A stretch of 64,000 nucleotides of DNA from a virus (IMGVR_UViG_3300030294_000003); one strand, 5' to 3'; shown: positions 27,668-36,963, counted from the stretch's first letter. Translations and numbers: made by a program. Notes: generated by a model from the sequence alone, not told the origin.

Positions 27668-27982
27668 ATGAAAGTTACAAAAGTATTAGATCACAAATTT
27701 AGAACTGCGGCTACCAAAATGATATTAGTTTATAACGCTAAGGTAATCAATGAAGCAGTTAGAAATGGCAGCTATAAGGTTGATGGGGAAATAAACAACG
27801 TGGAGATATATGTTGATGATAATATTGGAAGCGGATTATTTAGTGTTTTTTGTAGATTTGATAACTGTAATGAATTGACAGGTTATATGAATTCAAAACA
27901 TAATTTTCACACTCAATCGACTTGTGATTTAGCTTTGGTTGAATTTCAAAAATTTATACTTGAATTGGTGAAATATTTATAA
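27668..27982 (+). CDS. hypothetical protein
   Basis: ATG at 27668, because the track's 27629 start is a GTG inside the -7 box. The protein is 104 aa, with cassette P32 upstream. Confidence 0.55.
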   Translation: MKVTKVLDHKFRTAATKMILVYNAKVINEAVRNGSYKVDGEINNVEIYVDDNIGSGLFSVFCRFDNCNELTGYMNSKHNFHTQSTCDLALVEFQKFILELVKYL

Positions 27983-28053
27983 TAGGGTGGAAGTGGTTTT
28001 TTACTTACAGTCATCGATAGTGAATTTAGTTTAAATCACAGATACCCTATTAT

Positions 28054-28108
28054 TTAACAAAAATCATTTTCAGTATTAAAATTAATTTAATAATTTTGTA
28101 TTATAATT
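28054..28108 (+). promoter_or_regulatory. promoter cassette P33 (-7 variant TAATTTTG 28091-28098)
   Basis: The upstream box is present and the -7 box is a variant. Confidence 0.4.
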
Positions 28109-28124
28109 AAAGAAGAGAAATATT

Positions 28125-28292
28125 ATGAATAAATTTGATGAAATATTAAAAATATTAGAAAATAGACTTGAAGTGTTGGAATCAGGGATGTACAATTATG
28201 ATAAAGATGATTATTATTTTGAAATGGTTGGTAGAATTGATGAACTTAAAGATGCTATTACTACAATTGAAAATATAATATTAAAAGATTAA
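28125..28292 (+). CDS. hypothetical small protein
   Basis: 55-aa ORF below the track cutoff, with a variant cassette P33 upstream and plausible helical composition. Confidence 0.4.
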   Translation: MNKFDEILKILENRLEVLESGMYNYDKDDYYFEMVGRIDELKDAITTIENIILKD

Positions 28293-28297
28293 TCAAT

Positions 28298-28591
28298 ATG
28301 AAAACTATAAATTATGAAACGTCTGATAAAAGTATAAAAATAAGGTTAGAGTATTTAACAGGGCATCCATTGAGAATGTATTATGTTGGTAAATCTTACC
28401 CTAAAACAACGCAATGTTTAATGTATGTAAATGGGTTTCTACGTGGAACAGGAACAGTGATTAAACACGAAAAGGATATTGATAACGAAAATTTAGCAGT
28501 AAGACTTGCTACAAAAAAAGCATTACCATCATTAAATATAAAATTCCTAAGGGGAGAAGTTTGGAAATTAGTTTTAAAAGAAACAAAATAA
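28298..28591 (+). CDS. hypothetical protein
   Basis: 97-aa ORF. Confidence 0.5.
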   Translation: MKTINYETSDKSIKIRLEYLTGHPLRMYYVGKSYPKTTQCLMYVNGFLRGTGTVIKHEKDIDNENLAVRLATKKALPSLNIKFLRGEVWKLVLKETK

Positions 28592-28604
28592 ATAATATAA
28601 TAAT

Positions 28605-28898
28605 ATGGAAGATGTAACGAAATTAGGTGATTTTTACCAATATTACGATACCACTATGAAGCGAAATATTTGGTCTTTAGGTTATTTTGGTGGTGGTTCA
28701 ATCAATTGTCTTGATGCTTACGATGCTGCTTTACAATATGCTAAAATAGTAAATGTAGATGTATCTACTGTGCAAATAGATGAGATATTAAGATCGAGTA
28801 GGTATAAGCATTTTAAAATCATATACTCTCGTGAGAAACAAGAACCTGTTGGTGACCCAATGAAACTTAAAAATGTGTATGAATTTTTAACAGATTAA
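28605..28898 (+). CDS. hypothetical protein
   Basis: 97-aa ORF. Confidence 0.5.
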   Translation: MEDVTKLGDFYQYYDTTMKRNIWSLGYFGGGSINCLDAYDAALQYAKIVNVDVSTVQIDEILRSSRYKHFKIIYSREKQEPVGDPMKLKNVYEFLTD

Positions 28899-28941
28899 AT
28901 TTTCATAAACCAATGTAAAGGTTTATCTTTGTATCAGAAAT
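28887..28941 (+). promoter_or_regulatory. promoter cassette P34 (-7 28924-28931)
   Basis: Consensus match. Confidence 0.5.
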
Positions 28942-28968
28942 TAATTAAAGCAAATAAAAAGTAAACAT

Positions 28969-29190
28969 ATGGAAAATAAATTAACAGTATTATTTGGTAG
29001 CATGACGTTTTTAGAATATAATTTTGACGGTGTTTATAAAACTATTGTGCATCGAATTGATTCAATACAACACCTAACAGAGGATGAAGCTAATGAAGTG
29101 ATTGATGCCGATGAATACGATTGTTACCTTATCCCTGAAGAATATAAAGGCGATATTGAATACGAATGTGAAAAACCAAAATTTAATTAA
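28969..29190 (+). CDS. hypothetical protein
   Basis: 73-aa acidic ORF with cassette P34 upstream. Confidence 0.5.
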   Translation: MENKLTVLFGSMTFLEYNFDGVYKTIVHRIDSIQHLTEDEANEVIDADEYDCYLIPEEYKGDIEYECEKPKFN

Positions 29191-29196
29191 ATCATT

Positions 29197-29547
29197 ATGG
29201 AAAAATATTTTGTTAATTACGAGATAGCATTAGAATTAAAAGAAGTTGGTTTTAATGAAACTTGTTTTAAAGTTTATGATGAAGAAGGGTTCATTCAAGA
29301 TGAAAAAATAATGGATGAATTGAAACTTACAAAAATTTTAGCTCCGCTTTGGGATCAGGTTTTTGATTGGCTTAGAATTAAACATAATGTGTTTGCTTGT
29401 CCTATTTTTAGCCACATTAATGGTAAAGGTTATTGGGTTACGTTTGGTAAAATGGGTAAAACTTGTAATTCAGAATATAATTTTGACACTTACGAACAAG
29501 CCCGTGAATATGTTATTTTAGAAGCAATTAAATTAATTGAAATATAA
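29197..29547 (+). CDS. hypothetical protein (paralog of 20701-21090)
   Basis: 116 aa with conserved blocks shared with 20701. Confidence 0.55.
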   Translation: MEKYFVNYEIALELKEVGFNETCFKVYDEEGFIQDEKIMDELKLTKILAPLWDQVFDWLRIKHNVFACPIFSHINGKGYWVTFGKMGKTCNSEYNFDTYEQAREYVILEAIKLIEI

Positions 29548-29602
29548 TTAACAATTTACATTTTATTAAACCAATAAAAACTATTATCTTTGTGTATCAA
29601 AA
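29548..29602 (+). promoter_or_regulatory. promoter cassette P35 (-7 29585-29592)
   Basis: Consensus match. Confidence 0.5.
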
Positions 29603-29628
29603 TTTAACTAAATAACATTTTGTAATAT

Positions 29629-29898
29629 ATGAAAACAGAAAAAGATTTTCCAAATGGATTTACGGATTGGTTGGAAGCACATTATAAAATAGTGATGGCA
29701 ATAGAACAACAACTTAGTCATTCAGATGATGTTGGTAAAGCTTGGGATGTAGTAAAAACACGTGGTACTGGAGGTTTATATAATCTTTCAGAAGACTTAA
29801 CAGATAAATTTGAGCTTGAATATGAGAGTGTAATGTGGGGAGAAGATTTAGAATATATTGATGAAATGGAAGCATTTATAAAAAGAGAACTTTATTGA
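29629..29898 (+). CDS. hypothetical protein
   Basis: 89-aa ORF with cassette P35 upstream. Confidence 0.55.
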   Translation: MKTEKDFPNGFTDWLEAHYKIVMAIEQQLSHSDDVGKAWDVVKTRGTGGLYNLSEDLTDKFELEYESVMWGEDLEYIDEMEAFIKRELY

Positions 29899-29922
29899 TG
29901 ACAAAAAAATAAAATAATTATT

Positions 29923-30171
29923 ATGGAAACAAAGAAAATTAATTTACAGGAAATATTAGATGATATTGCAGTTGAAAAAGGTTGGTCAATTGCTGATAGA
30001 ATGATTAAAGATGTTATAGTTCCTGCTATGTTTGAAGCTTGTAAACAAGTTCTTGAATTAGGATTTGAAAATGCTGATGCTGAATTAATAGATAGTACGG
30101 ATGATAGTCGAGGATTAATTGTTATTGTTAAAGAATCAATTACCGATACAATCAAACAAGTTGTAATTTAA
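29923..30171 (+). CDS. hypothetical protein
   Basis: 82-aa ORF. Confidence 0.5.
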   Translation: METKKINLQEILDDIAVEKGWSIADRMIKDVIVPAMFEACKQVLELGFENADAELIDSTDDSRGLIVIVKESITDTIKQVVI

Positions 30172-30222
30172 CAAATTTCATTTCTACTATTAAAATAAAA
30201 CTACTATCTTTGTATTAGAAAT
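30168..30222 (+). promoter_or_regulatory. promoter cassette P36 (-7 30205-30212)
   Basis: Consensus match. Confidence 0.55.
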
Positions 30223-30239
30223 TAATTTAAACAAATAAT

Positions 30240-30509
30240 ATGGAAATAAAATATTTTTTACTAACAGAATCAGATAACGTTGCAGTTGCAGTTATATCGG
30301 CTTACAATAGCACTGAATTAAATGAAAAAGCTAAAATAGCTTTGACTGAACATTTTGATTGTGAAATTCCAACTGAAATAGATTTGGATATGAATGATTA
30401 TGGATTTGGACAAGAAGGTACGTTTGAAATTCTTGTGACTTTTGATAAAGATGATGAGGATGATACCGATACTACTACCATTTATGTTCAGGAAGTTGTT
30501 GTTTATTAA
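30240..30509 (+). CDS. hypothetical protein
   Basis: 89-aa very acidic ORF with cassette P36 upstream. Confidence 0.55.
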   Translation: MEIKYFLLTESDNVAVAVISAYNSTELNEKAKIALTEHFDCEIPTEIDLDMNDYGFGQEGTFEILVTFDKDDEDDTDTTTIYVQEVVVY

Positions 30510-30532
30510 TTGAAACATTTAAAAATAAATAT

Positions 30533-30784
30533 ATGAAAGTACTACATATTACACCTGAAACCGATGGTTATGAAATTGTTGAACTATTGGCTAATAGCGT
30601 TAATAAAACTAATCATTTGAAAGTTATTGATATAAATGGAGAACAGTTTATCACAGGTGGATTCATTTTAACTGACAATGATAGAATAAGGCAAGTTTTA
30701 GATTCGTTTCCAAAAGATAAACAATATGGATTTGTTAAAGAATTTTTAATTTGTCCGTTTGAAAAAATGTATTTCGAAGACTAA
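30533..30784 (+). CDS. hypothetical protein
   Basis: 83-aa ORF. Confidence 0.5.
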   Translation: MKVLHITPETDGYEIVELLANSVNKTNHLKVIDINGEQFITGGFILTDNDRIRQVLDSFPKDKQYGFVKEFLICPFEKMYFED

Positions 30785-30914
30785 ATATATAAATAAAAAA
30801 ATTATCATTTTTACCAATCAATTTATTATTAATTATTTGGGTTTTTATATGAAAACTTAACTGAAAACGAATTAATATTCAAATAGTAATAACAACTAAA
30901 AAATTTATTTAATC

Positions 30915-31187
30915 ATGGGAGCAACAAATATTGATATTACAATTTTAATAAAGAAACAACAAGTTGAAAAGGTTCGTAAATACGTACCTACATTTGATAA
31001 TGAATTTGATTATGAAACAGCAGCTACCCACGGATTAATTGATGGTAAGCTTTACGCAATAGTAGAACGAGGTGAGTTTTTCTTTGGTTTATCTAATCAT
31101 ATTTCATATCAGAAAAATAATAAAAACATTACTTGGTTGCGGTTGTATGAAATTGATTATGAAAATATAAATTTTCCGACTTGGTAA
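30915..31187 (+). CDS. hypothetical protein
   Basis: 90-aa ORF. Confidence 0.5.
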   Translation: MGATNIDITILIKKQQVEKVRKYVPTFDNEFDYETAATHGLIDGKLYAIVERGEFFFGLSNHISYQKNNKNITWLRLYEIDYENINFPTW

Positions 31188-31217
31188 AAACATTTTAAAA
31201 ATAAATAAATTAAAAAT

Positions 31218-31487
31218 ATGGAAATAATTACTATTTTATGTCTAATATATTCGTTGGTGATTGGAATATTAACATATCTAATCGTTAAAGAGAAAAACGT
31301 ATTCTTAATCTTTCTTTTTATAATATTACTTGTAATAACCGTATCAATATTAGGTTTTTTCGTTGGTACTAGAACTGGTGAATCAAATGTGTTAAAGGGT
31401 AAACCAACTTATAAAATGGTTATAAACTATCAAAAAATTGATAATGTTGTTTCAGTAAAAGACACAACGTTCATATTAAAAAAATAG
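31218..31487 (+). CDS. small 2-TM membrane protein (paralog of 20336-20617)
   Basis: 89 aa with two TM helices and a tail LKGkptYkMvInYqkiDnVvsvkDTtFiLKK. Confidence 0.55.
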   Translation: MEIITILCLIYSLVIGILTYLIVKEKNVFLIFLFIILLVITVSILGFFVGTRTGESNVLKGKPTYKMVINYQKIDNVVSVKDTTFILKK

Positions 31488-31496
31488 ATATATTAT

Positions 31497-31551
31497 TTAA
31501 CAAATTCCATTTTCACGGTTAAAACTATTATAGTATCTTTGCATATCAAAA
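31497..31551 (+). promoter_or_regulatory. promoter cassette P37 (-7 31534-31541)
   Basis: Consensus match. Confidence 0.55.
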
Positions 31552-31595
31552 TTAATTAAAAACAAATAAATAATTATTAAAAAAAACAAGAATTT

Positions 31596-32423
31596 ATGAA
31601 AAAAGTATTTTCGATTATTTTTCTAACTGTATTAATGTTTACAATGAACAGTTGCTATCGGGTTTCACCAAATGCAGGTGAAGAGAGTGTGTTAGTGTAT
31701 AAACCTATGATTTTTGGTGATGGTGGGGTTGATACTACTCCTATCCCAACAGGTTCTATTTGGTGTGTTGTAACTACAGATCATTATGAATTTCAGATTA
31801 CACCAACTACCATTACCGAAGATTTTAAGAATATGATTCCATCGGATAATACACCTGTTTCCTTTTCAGTTTATTTGAAAGTCCAAATACAACAAGGTAA
31901 AACACCGTATTTATATCAAAATTTTGGTGCTAAGTGGTATGAACACAGCCTACAGGCAACATTTAGAACGATGGTTAGAGATAAGGCAAGTGCTTTTAAA
32001 ATGTTTGACTTGGCAAGTAAACGAGACATTTCATCTAAATTAGAAAGTGATATTTTCAAAGACTTATCGGCATACGCTAAAAAATTAAATATTCCTGTCA
32101 AAATTCTACAAGTTTCAATCGGTGCAATTACACCACCTGAACAAGTATTAACTGAAACAAAATTAACAGCAGCACAAAATCAAAGTGTATTAACCCAAAA
32201 TGCAAGGGCTACAGCCGAGCTTTCAAGAAAACAAGCCGAAATAAATAAAGCTATTGCTGATAAATCATACCAAAATCAAATGGGTATGAGTGTTAATGAA
32301 TATCTTCACCTAAGGCAACTTGAAATTGAAAAGGAAAAAGTTGAGTTAATTAAAGATCATGATAATGTTACCATTATATTCGGTGGTGGGTCAGGAGTAC
32401 CAATGACATATCCAGTAAAATAA
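31596..32423 (+). CDS. putative lipoprotein with SPFH/band-7-like C-terminal region
   Basis: 275 aa. The N-terminal signal peptide ends in a lipobox (LMFTMNSC). The C-terminal Ala/Gln-rich coiled coil (TAAQNQSVLTQNARATAELSRKQAEINKA) resembles the helical region of HflK/C, stomatin and prohibitin proteins. Cassette P37 is upstream. Confidence 0.45.
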   Translation: MKKVFSIIFLTVLMFTMNSCYRVSPNAGEESVLVYKPMIFGDGGVDTTPIPTGSIWCVVTTDHYEFQITPTTITEDFKNMIPSDNTPVSFSVYLKVQIQQGKTPYLYQNFGAKWYEHSLQATFRTMVRDKASAFKMFDLASKRDISSKLESDIFKDLSAYAKKLNIPVKILQVSIGAITPPEQVLTETKLTAAQNQSVLTQNARATAELSRKQAEINKAIADKSYQNQMGMSVNEYLHLRQLEIEKEKVELIKDHDNVTIIFGGGSGVPMTYPVK

Positions 32424-32451
32424 TAAAATATAATTTTAATTAACATATTTT

Positions 32452-32489
32452 AGCTAAATCCATTTGTATATTACATCGGATTTAGCTAT
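32452..32489 (+). terminator. inverted repeat hairpin (possible terminator)
   Basis: TAGCTAAATCC-N16-GGATTTAGCTA followed by TTTTT. Confidence 0.4.
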
Positions 32490-32505
32490 TTTTGTATCAT
32501 AATTT
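32484..32505 (+). promoter_or_regulatory. promoter -7 variant P38 (TATTTTTG 32488-32495) after inverted repeat
   Basis: Variant -7 box. Confidence 0.35.
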
Positions 32506-32522
32506 TAAAAACAATAAACATA

Positions 32523-32711
32523 ATGAGCGTACTAAAAACAAATCCTGAAATGATGAGCGTTGTTATTAACATTCAAACAATGAAAAGTAAAATTAACCCT
32601 CTTTATAATTCACATTATGATTTTCAACAGTTGATTAAAAAGAGTGTTGAAGAATTATACAATGAACAAGATTCTTTAATTACTGAATATAATAAAACAT
32701 TTAATAAATAA
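32523..32711 (+). CDS. hypothetical protein
   Basis: 62-aa ORF. An inverted repeat precedes a variant -7 box TATTTTTG. Confidence 0.45.
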   Translation: MSVLKTNPEMMSVVINIQTMKSKINPLYNSHYDFQQLIKKSVEELYNEQDSLITEYNKTFNK

Positions 32712-32718
32712 ATATATT

Positions 32719-33084
32719 ATGACAACAGACGGAAAATTAGAAGAAAAAGAAATTGAAGTAGGTAGTGGGTTGATATTAGAATTTGCTGGGTTTGTAAAAT
32801 GTCTCGATGTTTATGCTTGGAGGAGTATCGAGGGTGACTATATACTACCTTTCAGGTCGGTTACATACCATTTATCTTATGATACTTTGATGTCAATAGT
32901 TGAAAAAATAATAAAACTTAAAATTGATGGGTATACTCCATTTATTGAAATAACGAATCATGGTTCAAGTATTGAAGTTGGTAAAAAACCTATGAAATTT
33001 AGTGGTGTACGTGGTGAAAGTATGTTAATTAACACTTGGGTTGCGGTTGTTGAATTTTTGGATTGGTACTTAAAAACAAAATAA
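32719..33084 (+). CDS. hypothetical protein
   Basis: 121-aa ORF. Confidence 0.5.
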   Translation: MTTDGKLEEKEIEVGSGLILEFAGFVKCLDVYAWRSIEGDYILPFRSVTYHLSYDTLMSIVEKIIKLKIDGYTPFIEITNHGSSIEVGKKPMKFSGVRGESMLINTWVAVVEFLDWYLKTK

Positions 33085-33087
33085 ATC

Positions 33088-33291
33088 ATGAAAAATAGAT
33101 TTTGGAGTTCAGTTTTAATATTTGTAGTTACTTGGTTGATTACCTATTTGATTAGCGGTATAGTTCCATTTAATTGGGATATGAGCCGTTGGAGTGAAGA
33201 TGGTAGAATAGCTTACACGGTGTTTTGTACGGGTATGGGTGCTTTATTTGTTGGTATATATTGGTTTAATTCTGTAACTGATAATAAATAA
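33088..33291 (+). CDS. small membrane protein
   Basis: 67 aa with two hydrophobic helices. Confidence 0.45.
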   Translation: MKNRFWSSVLIFVVTWLITYLISGIVPFNWDMSRWSEDGRIAYTVFCTGMGALFVGIYWFNSVTDNK

Positions 33292-33302
33292 TATATGTTA
33301 TT

Positions 33303-33848
33303 ATGAGAGATAAAATGAATTCAGTTGTTTACTTTGTTGAAGCAACAAGTTTTGAACAACATTCTTTGTGGAAAGAATATCATACTAAAACAGAATGGGA
33401 AGAAATACGTGATGGTTTTGGTGAAATTATTGGTGAATTTGGTGGAAAGCCTATTTTTTTAACCTTTAGTTTCATTAATCTTTATGGTAAGTTAATATGT
33501 TTTTATAATCCAATATCTACAGTTGTTAATTATGTGATAATTGAAAACTATTTTAAAGCAAAATATGTTGGAGTTAAAACAACAGATGCTAAAAATTTTT
33601 CGGATGTAATTAACTTTTGTAAAATTATGAAAAAACAATATATAATTAATTATCAAATAAAAGATAAGTGTTTTACTACGTGTTTAAACGTATTAATATC
33701 AGAATCAAACCCAAAAAATACATTAAATGAACTTTTGAGTGGTATTAAAAATGATTTTGATAATGACACCAATAAAAAAGGTCATAATGGTAATAACAGT
33801 ATTTATCTTTCTGAAATTTTAATCACAAATATGTTTCCTTTAACATAA
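33303..33848 (+). CDS. hypothetical protein
   Basis: 181-aa ORF. Confidence 0.55.
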   Translation: MRDKMNSVVYFVEATSFEQHSLWKEYHTKTEWEEIRDGFGEIIGEFGGKPIFLTFSFINLYGKLICFYNPISTVVNYVIIENYFKAKYVGVKTTDAKNFSDVINFCKIMKKQYIINYQIKDKCFTTCLNVLISESNPKNTLNELLSGIKNDFDNDTNKKGHNGNNSIYLSEILITNMFPLT

Positions 33849-33894
33849 TTCATTTGTAACTATTGTTCAAATAAACTATCTTTGTATTATAAAA
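33840..33894 (+). promoter_or_regulatory. promoter cassette P39 (-7 33877-33884)
   Basis: Consensus match. Confidence 0.5.
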
Positions 33895-33923
33895 ATTAAT
33901 AAACAATTTAAATAAATAAGGTT

Positions 33924-34124
33924 ATGGAAAAATATGAGTTAATGGGTATTGATGGTAACGCATTTAGTATAATGGGATATGTTAGTGGTGCTATGAGAAG
34001 TGAGGGTAAAAGTCAGGAAGAAATAGATGCTTACATTACAGAAGCAAAATCAGGAAACTATGATAATTTGTTATGTGTTAGTATGGATATGATTGATGAA
34101 TTAAACAAAGAGTTGGAAAAATAA
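33924..34124 (+). CDS. hypothetical protein
   Basis: 66-aa ORF with cassette P39 upstream. Confidence 0.5.
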   Translation: MEKYELMGIDGNAFSIMGYVSGAMRSEGKSQEEIDAYITEAKSGNYDNLLCVSMDMIDELNKELEK

Positions 34125-34221
34125 TCTTAAACTTAAATACTATGGATTTTTTTATCAATGGAAAAAAGAAATATGTAGTTAGTAAGGGGTCAATCACGAA
34201 AACAATAGATCAAATAGTACT

Positions 34222-34276
34222 TTAACAAATTTGATTTCCAAAACAGACTAAAATAGCTTATCTTTGTGTCATAATT
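34222..34276 (+). promoter_or_regulatory. promoter cassette P40 (-7 34259-34266)
   Basis: Consensus match. Confidence 0.55.
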
Positions 34277-34298
34277 AAAACAAATAAAGAAATAGAAT

Positions 34299-34790
34299 AT
34301 GAAAAAAGAATTTGATTTTGGAAAAATTGACTACAATAGTATTGGTAAAAGAGTTAACACTGTTTTGGTTGAAGTTGAATTATTCGAAAAGAAATGCAAA
34401 AACTTTGAAACAAACGAAATAGAATTGATGTGGTGTTTTAGCTGTAGTTGTGGCGTTTGGAATGGTAGGAAAACAGATATAATTGCAGGAGGTAATTTAT
34501 TTTCTGAATTAAAAACATTTATTAAAAATCCTTTGTTAGAAACTATTTCTATTTTATATAATAAATGGAATCTGAATGATTTAAAGTCGGGTTCTAAGAC
34601 ACAATGCGAAGCAATTGAACTATTCCGTAAAGAAAATAATATGGGTGGTATATGGGCTTATGAACAAGAATGTAATTATCTTAAATCAATTGGAATATAT
34701 GAAGATGGCGATTTTAGATATGGTATCGGTTGGTGGTGTCAAGAGATACCAAATGAAGTAGTTGAAGAAATTAAAAACCTTTTAAAATAA
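34299..34790 (+). CDS. hypothetical protein
   Basis: 163-aa ORF with cassette P40 upstream. Confidence 0.55.
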   Translation: MKKEFDFGKIDYNSIGKRVNTVLVEVELFEKKCKNFETNEIELMWCFSCSCGVWNGRKTDIIAGGNLFSELKTFIKNPLLETISILYNKWNLNDLKSGSKTQCEAIELFRKENNMGGIWAYEQECNYLKSIGIYEDGDFRYGIGWWCQEIPNEVVEEIKNLLK

Positions 34791-34803
34791 AATATAATTT
34801 AAT

Positions 34804-35601
34804 ATGGAAAAAGTATTATTAAACTCATTGAAAATAGGTGATGAATTTCGGTTATTAAGCGAAAATGATACGCTATATACAATTCGTGTTGTTGATAATG
34901 ATAATCGTGTATTTGTTGATAGCAACGTGACGGCACTTTCAGAAATAAGAACTGAATATGTGTATGTTGATAATAAAATTAAAAAAGCATTGGAGTGGTG
35001 GAGTGGAATAACTAATACTATGAAAAAAGTTAATTTACAAGAAACATATATTGGTAATTGTAGTTTATTGAGAACATTAACAGATGGAGAAATAGTTTAC
35101 ATTTGGGAATCTGAAAATAACAAAAAAATAACACCAATTATCAAAAACGAAAAAATGTTGGATAAAATGGAAGAGTTCATGAGAGATTCAACATCAGAAT
35201 CCATATTGGATGATTGTAAAAAATGGGGTATTCCTGTGGAAGATGTTATCGAGGAAAAACCAAAGTCAATTAATAATATGGTGGAAGATTTAAAAGAATA
35301 TTTCAGAATAACATCAAGAGAAAAGGTTTTGGAAGATTGGGCAAAATCTGCTGAATATGATAATGTTGGTGTATCTGTAAGTGAGTTTCTTGATGTACAG
35401 GAAAGTTACCAATATAAATATGTTTGGCTTAATTTAATCACAGGTGCGTTTACTATGTCATGGACAGAAGAGATTGAAAAATTATATGGTTGTGATGCTG
35501 AACTGCAAGAAAAAGCCAACAAAGACGGAATGAAACTTATCAAATACCAATGTGTTAACGACCATGAGTTTGAATTTTATAATCAAATGAAACTTAGATA
35601 A
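34804..35601 (+). CDS. hypothetical protein
   Basis: 265-aa ORF. Confidence 0.6.
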   Translation: MEKVLLNSLKIGDEFRLLSENDTLYTIRVVDNDNRVFVDSNVTALSEIRTEYVYVDNKIKKALEWWSGITNTMKKVNLQETYIGNCSLLRTLTDGEIVYIWESENNKKITPIIKNEKMLDKMEEFMRDSTSESILDDCKKWGIPVEDVIEEKPKSINNMVEDLKEYFRITSREKVLEDWAKSAEYDNVGVSVSEFLDVQESYQYKYVWLNLITGAFTMSWTEEIEKLYGCDAELQEKANKDGMKLIKYQCVNDHEFEFYNQMKLR

Positions 35602-35614
35602 TTAAATAATAATA

Positions 35615-35630
35615 ATACTCAATTGAGTAC
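35615..35630 (+). promoter_or_regulatory. palindromic element H6 (aTACTCAATTGAGTAc)
   Basis: Perfect 14-bp palindrome identical to H3. Confidence 0.4.
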
Positions 35631-35650
35631 CTTAAAAAAACAAGCTAACT

Positions 35651-35758
35651 ATGAATACTATAAAGTTATCAAAAAGACAAATAGAAATATTGGAATTGAT
35701 TAATGATGATGGTTCAATAATTAAAATTAGTTGTATTACACCAATTAAAACAAATTAA
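35651..35758 (+). CDS. hypothetical small protein
   Basis: 35-aa ORF lying 20 nt after palindromic element H6. Confidence 0.25.
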   Translation: MNTIKLSKRQIEILELINDDGSIIKISCITPIKTN

Positions 35759-35761
35759 ATT

Positions 35762-36160
35762 ATGAAAACAAATTTGACCTTTTATTTGAACGATAAAGCG
35801 GAAACATGTATTACGACAATTTATGATTACCAAACAGCACCAATTTTTAAGAAAGGGTATAGGTTTTGGTTTTCAGTTTCGGATTTATACCCAAAGACAA
35901 TATCAGAATTATCGAAAGAATATAAAACTACATTTGTTGATTCAATAATTGCTGATAATAAAGAAAAAATCAAAAACTTTAATAATACTGAATTTAAGAT
36001 TGTCTCAATATATTCTGAAATGAAATTTGATCAAAATTTATCTGAAAATCATCGAATGGTAATAGAATATAGATGTAAAAAAATAAAACATTTTTATTGG
36101 AGATTTTGGGATAGATATAAATTTAAACAGTTTTTTAATTTAAAAAATTATTTTAACTAA
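35762..36160 (+). CDS. hypothetical protein
   Basis: 132-aa ORF. Confidence 0.5.
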   Translation: MKTNLTFYLNDKAETCITTIYDYQTAPIFKKGYRFWFSVSDLYPKTISELSKEYKTTFVDSIIADNKEKIKNFNNTEFKIVSIYSEMKFDQNLSENHRMVIEYRCKKIKHFYWRFWDRYKFKQFFNLKNYFN

Positions 36161-36184
36161 ATCAACTTGCTTTATAAATAAAAT

Positions 36185-36205
36185 GTTAGTACATTTGTAC
36201 AAAAA
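36185..36205 (+). promoter_or_regulatory. class-2 promoter (aGTACATTTGTAcaaaaa; -7 36190-36197)
   Basis: GTACATTTGTA core. Confidence 0.4.
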
Positions 36206-36220
36206 AATTATAATTAATAT

Positions 36221-36502
36221 ATGAAAACGAATTTCAACTTTCAACTAAATAACTGGGAATTAAATTTAATTCTTGATGTTAAATGTCAAGAAATAGTTAA
36301 CGATGTTGTAGATGTAACAATAAGTATTATGGGTTGTAATTTTGAAAATAGATTAGGTATTTTGAATTTAGAAACAAGAAAATTAATATGTAAAGAAAAG
36401 TTTTCAATTAAACCATATAAAGAAAACGAAGAAATTAAATCTACATATAATTTTATAGTCCCAAAAGATATTGTTAAACAAATAAAATCATATTTAAATT
36501 AA
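36221..36502 (+). CDS. hypothetical protein
   Basis: 93-aa ORF with a class-2 -7 box (TACATTTG at 36190) upstream. Confidence 0.5.
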   Translation: MKTNFNFQLNNWELNLILDVKCQEIVNDVVDVTISIMGCNFENRLGILNLETRKLICKEKFSIKPYKENEEIKSTYNFIVPKDIVKQIKSYLN

Positions 36503-36531
36503 AATAACCATTAAAAAATAAATGTAAGAAA

Positions 36532-36834
36532 ATGAAGAAATTATTATTAGTATTAGCCTTGGCTTTCTCCCTATCATCTTGTTATGAGGATGTTAATAAA
36601 TCAGTAACTAATCCAGCAAAGGAAACAACAAGTTATTTACAGCATTTACCAAAAGATACAACTGTAACGGTTGCATATGAACGGCATAGTGTTTATATTT
36701 TTGATGCAAAAACTAATTTATTAAAATATAAAGCTGATTCTGAAATAGATAGTGGTTTTTCGATTGATATTTTTCTTTTTCTTTGTATTTGTGTTATGTT
36801 CTTTTTGCTTGGAGCTTTGATAGGTAGTAATTAA
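36532..36834 (+). CDS. putative lipoprotein with C-terminal TM helix
   Basis: 100 aa with a signal peptide plus lipobox (AFSLSSC) and a C-terminal hydrophobic helix. Confidence 0.5.
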   Translation: MKKLLLVLALAFSLSSCYEDVNKSVTNPAKETTSYLQHLPKDTTVTVAYERHSVYIFDAKTNLLKYKADSEIDSGFSIDIFLFLCICVMFFLLGALIGSN

Positions 36835-36843
36835 TGGTATTAT

Positions 36844-36963
36844 ATGAACAAAGAAATATATTTTAAAATTAAAATAGGAATTATTAGGTTGATTGTTTTT
36901 ATAGCTTATGCTGTATTAGGTGTATGTATCGGGTGCGGTTTAATTTATACATTAAAAATATGA
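36844..36963 (+). CDS. putative small hydrophobic peptide
   Basis: 39-aa ORF with one TM-like segment. Its TGA overlaps the next ATG. Confidence 0.25.
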   Translation: MNKEIYFKIKIGIIRLIVFIAYAVLGVCIGCGLIYTLKI

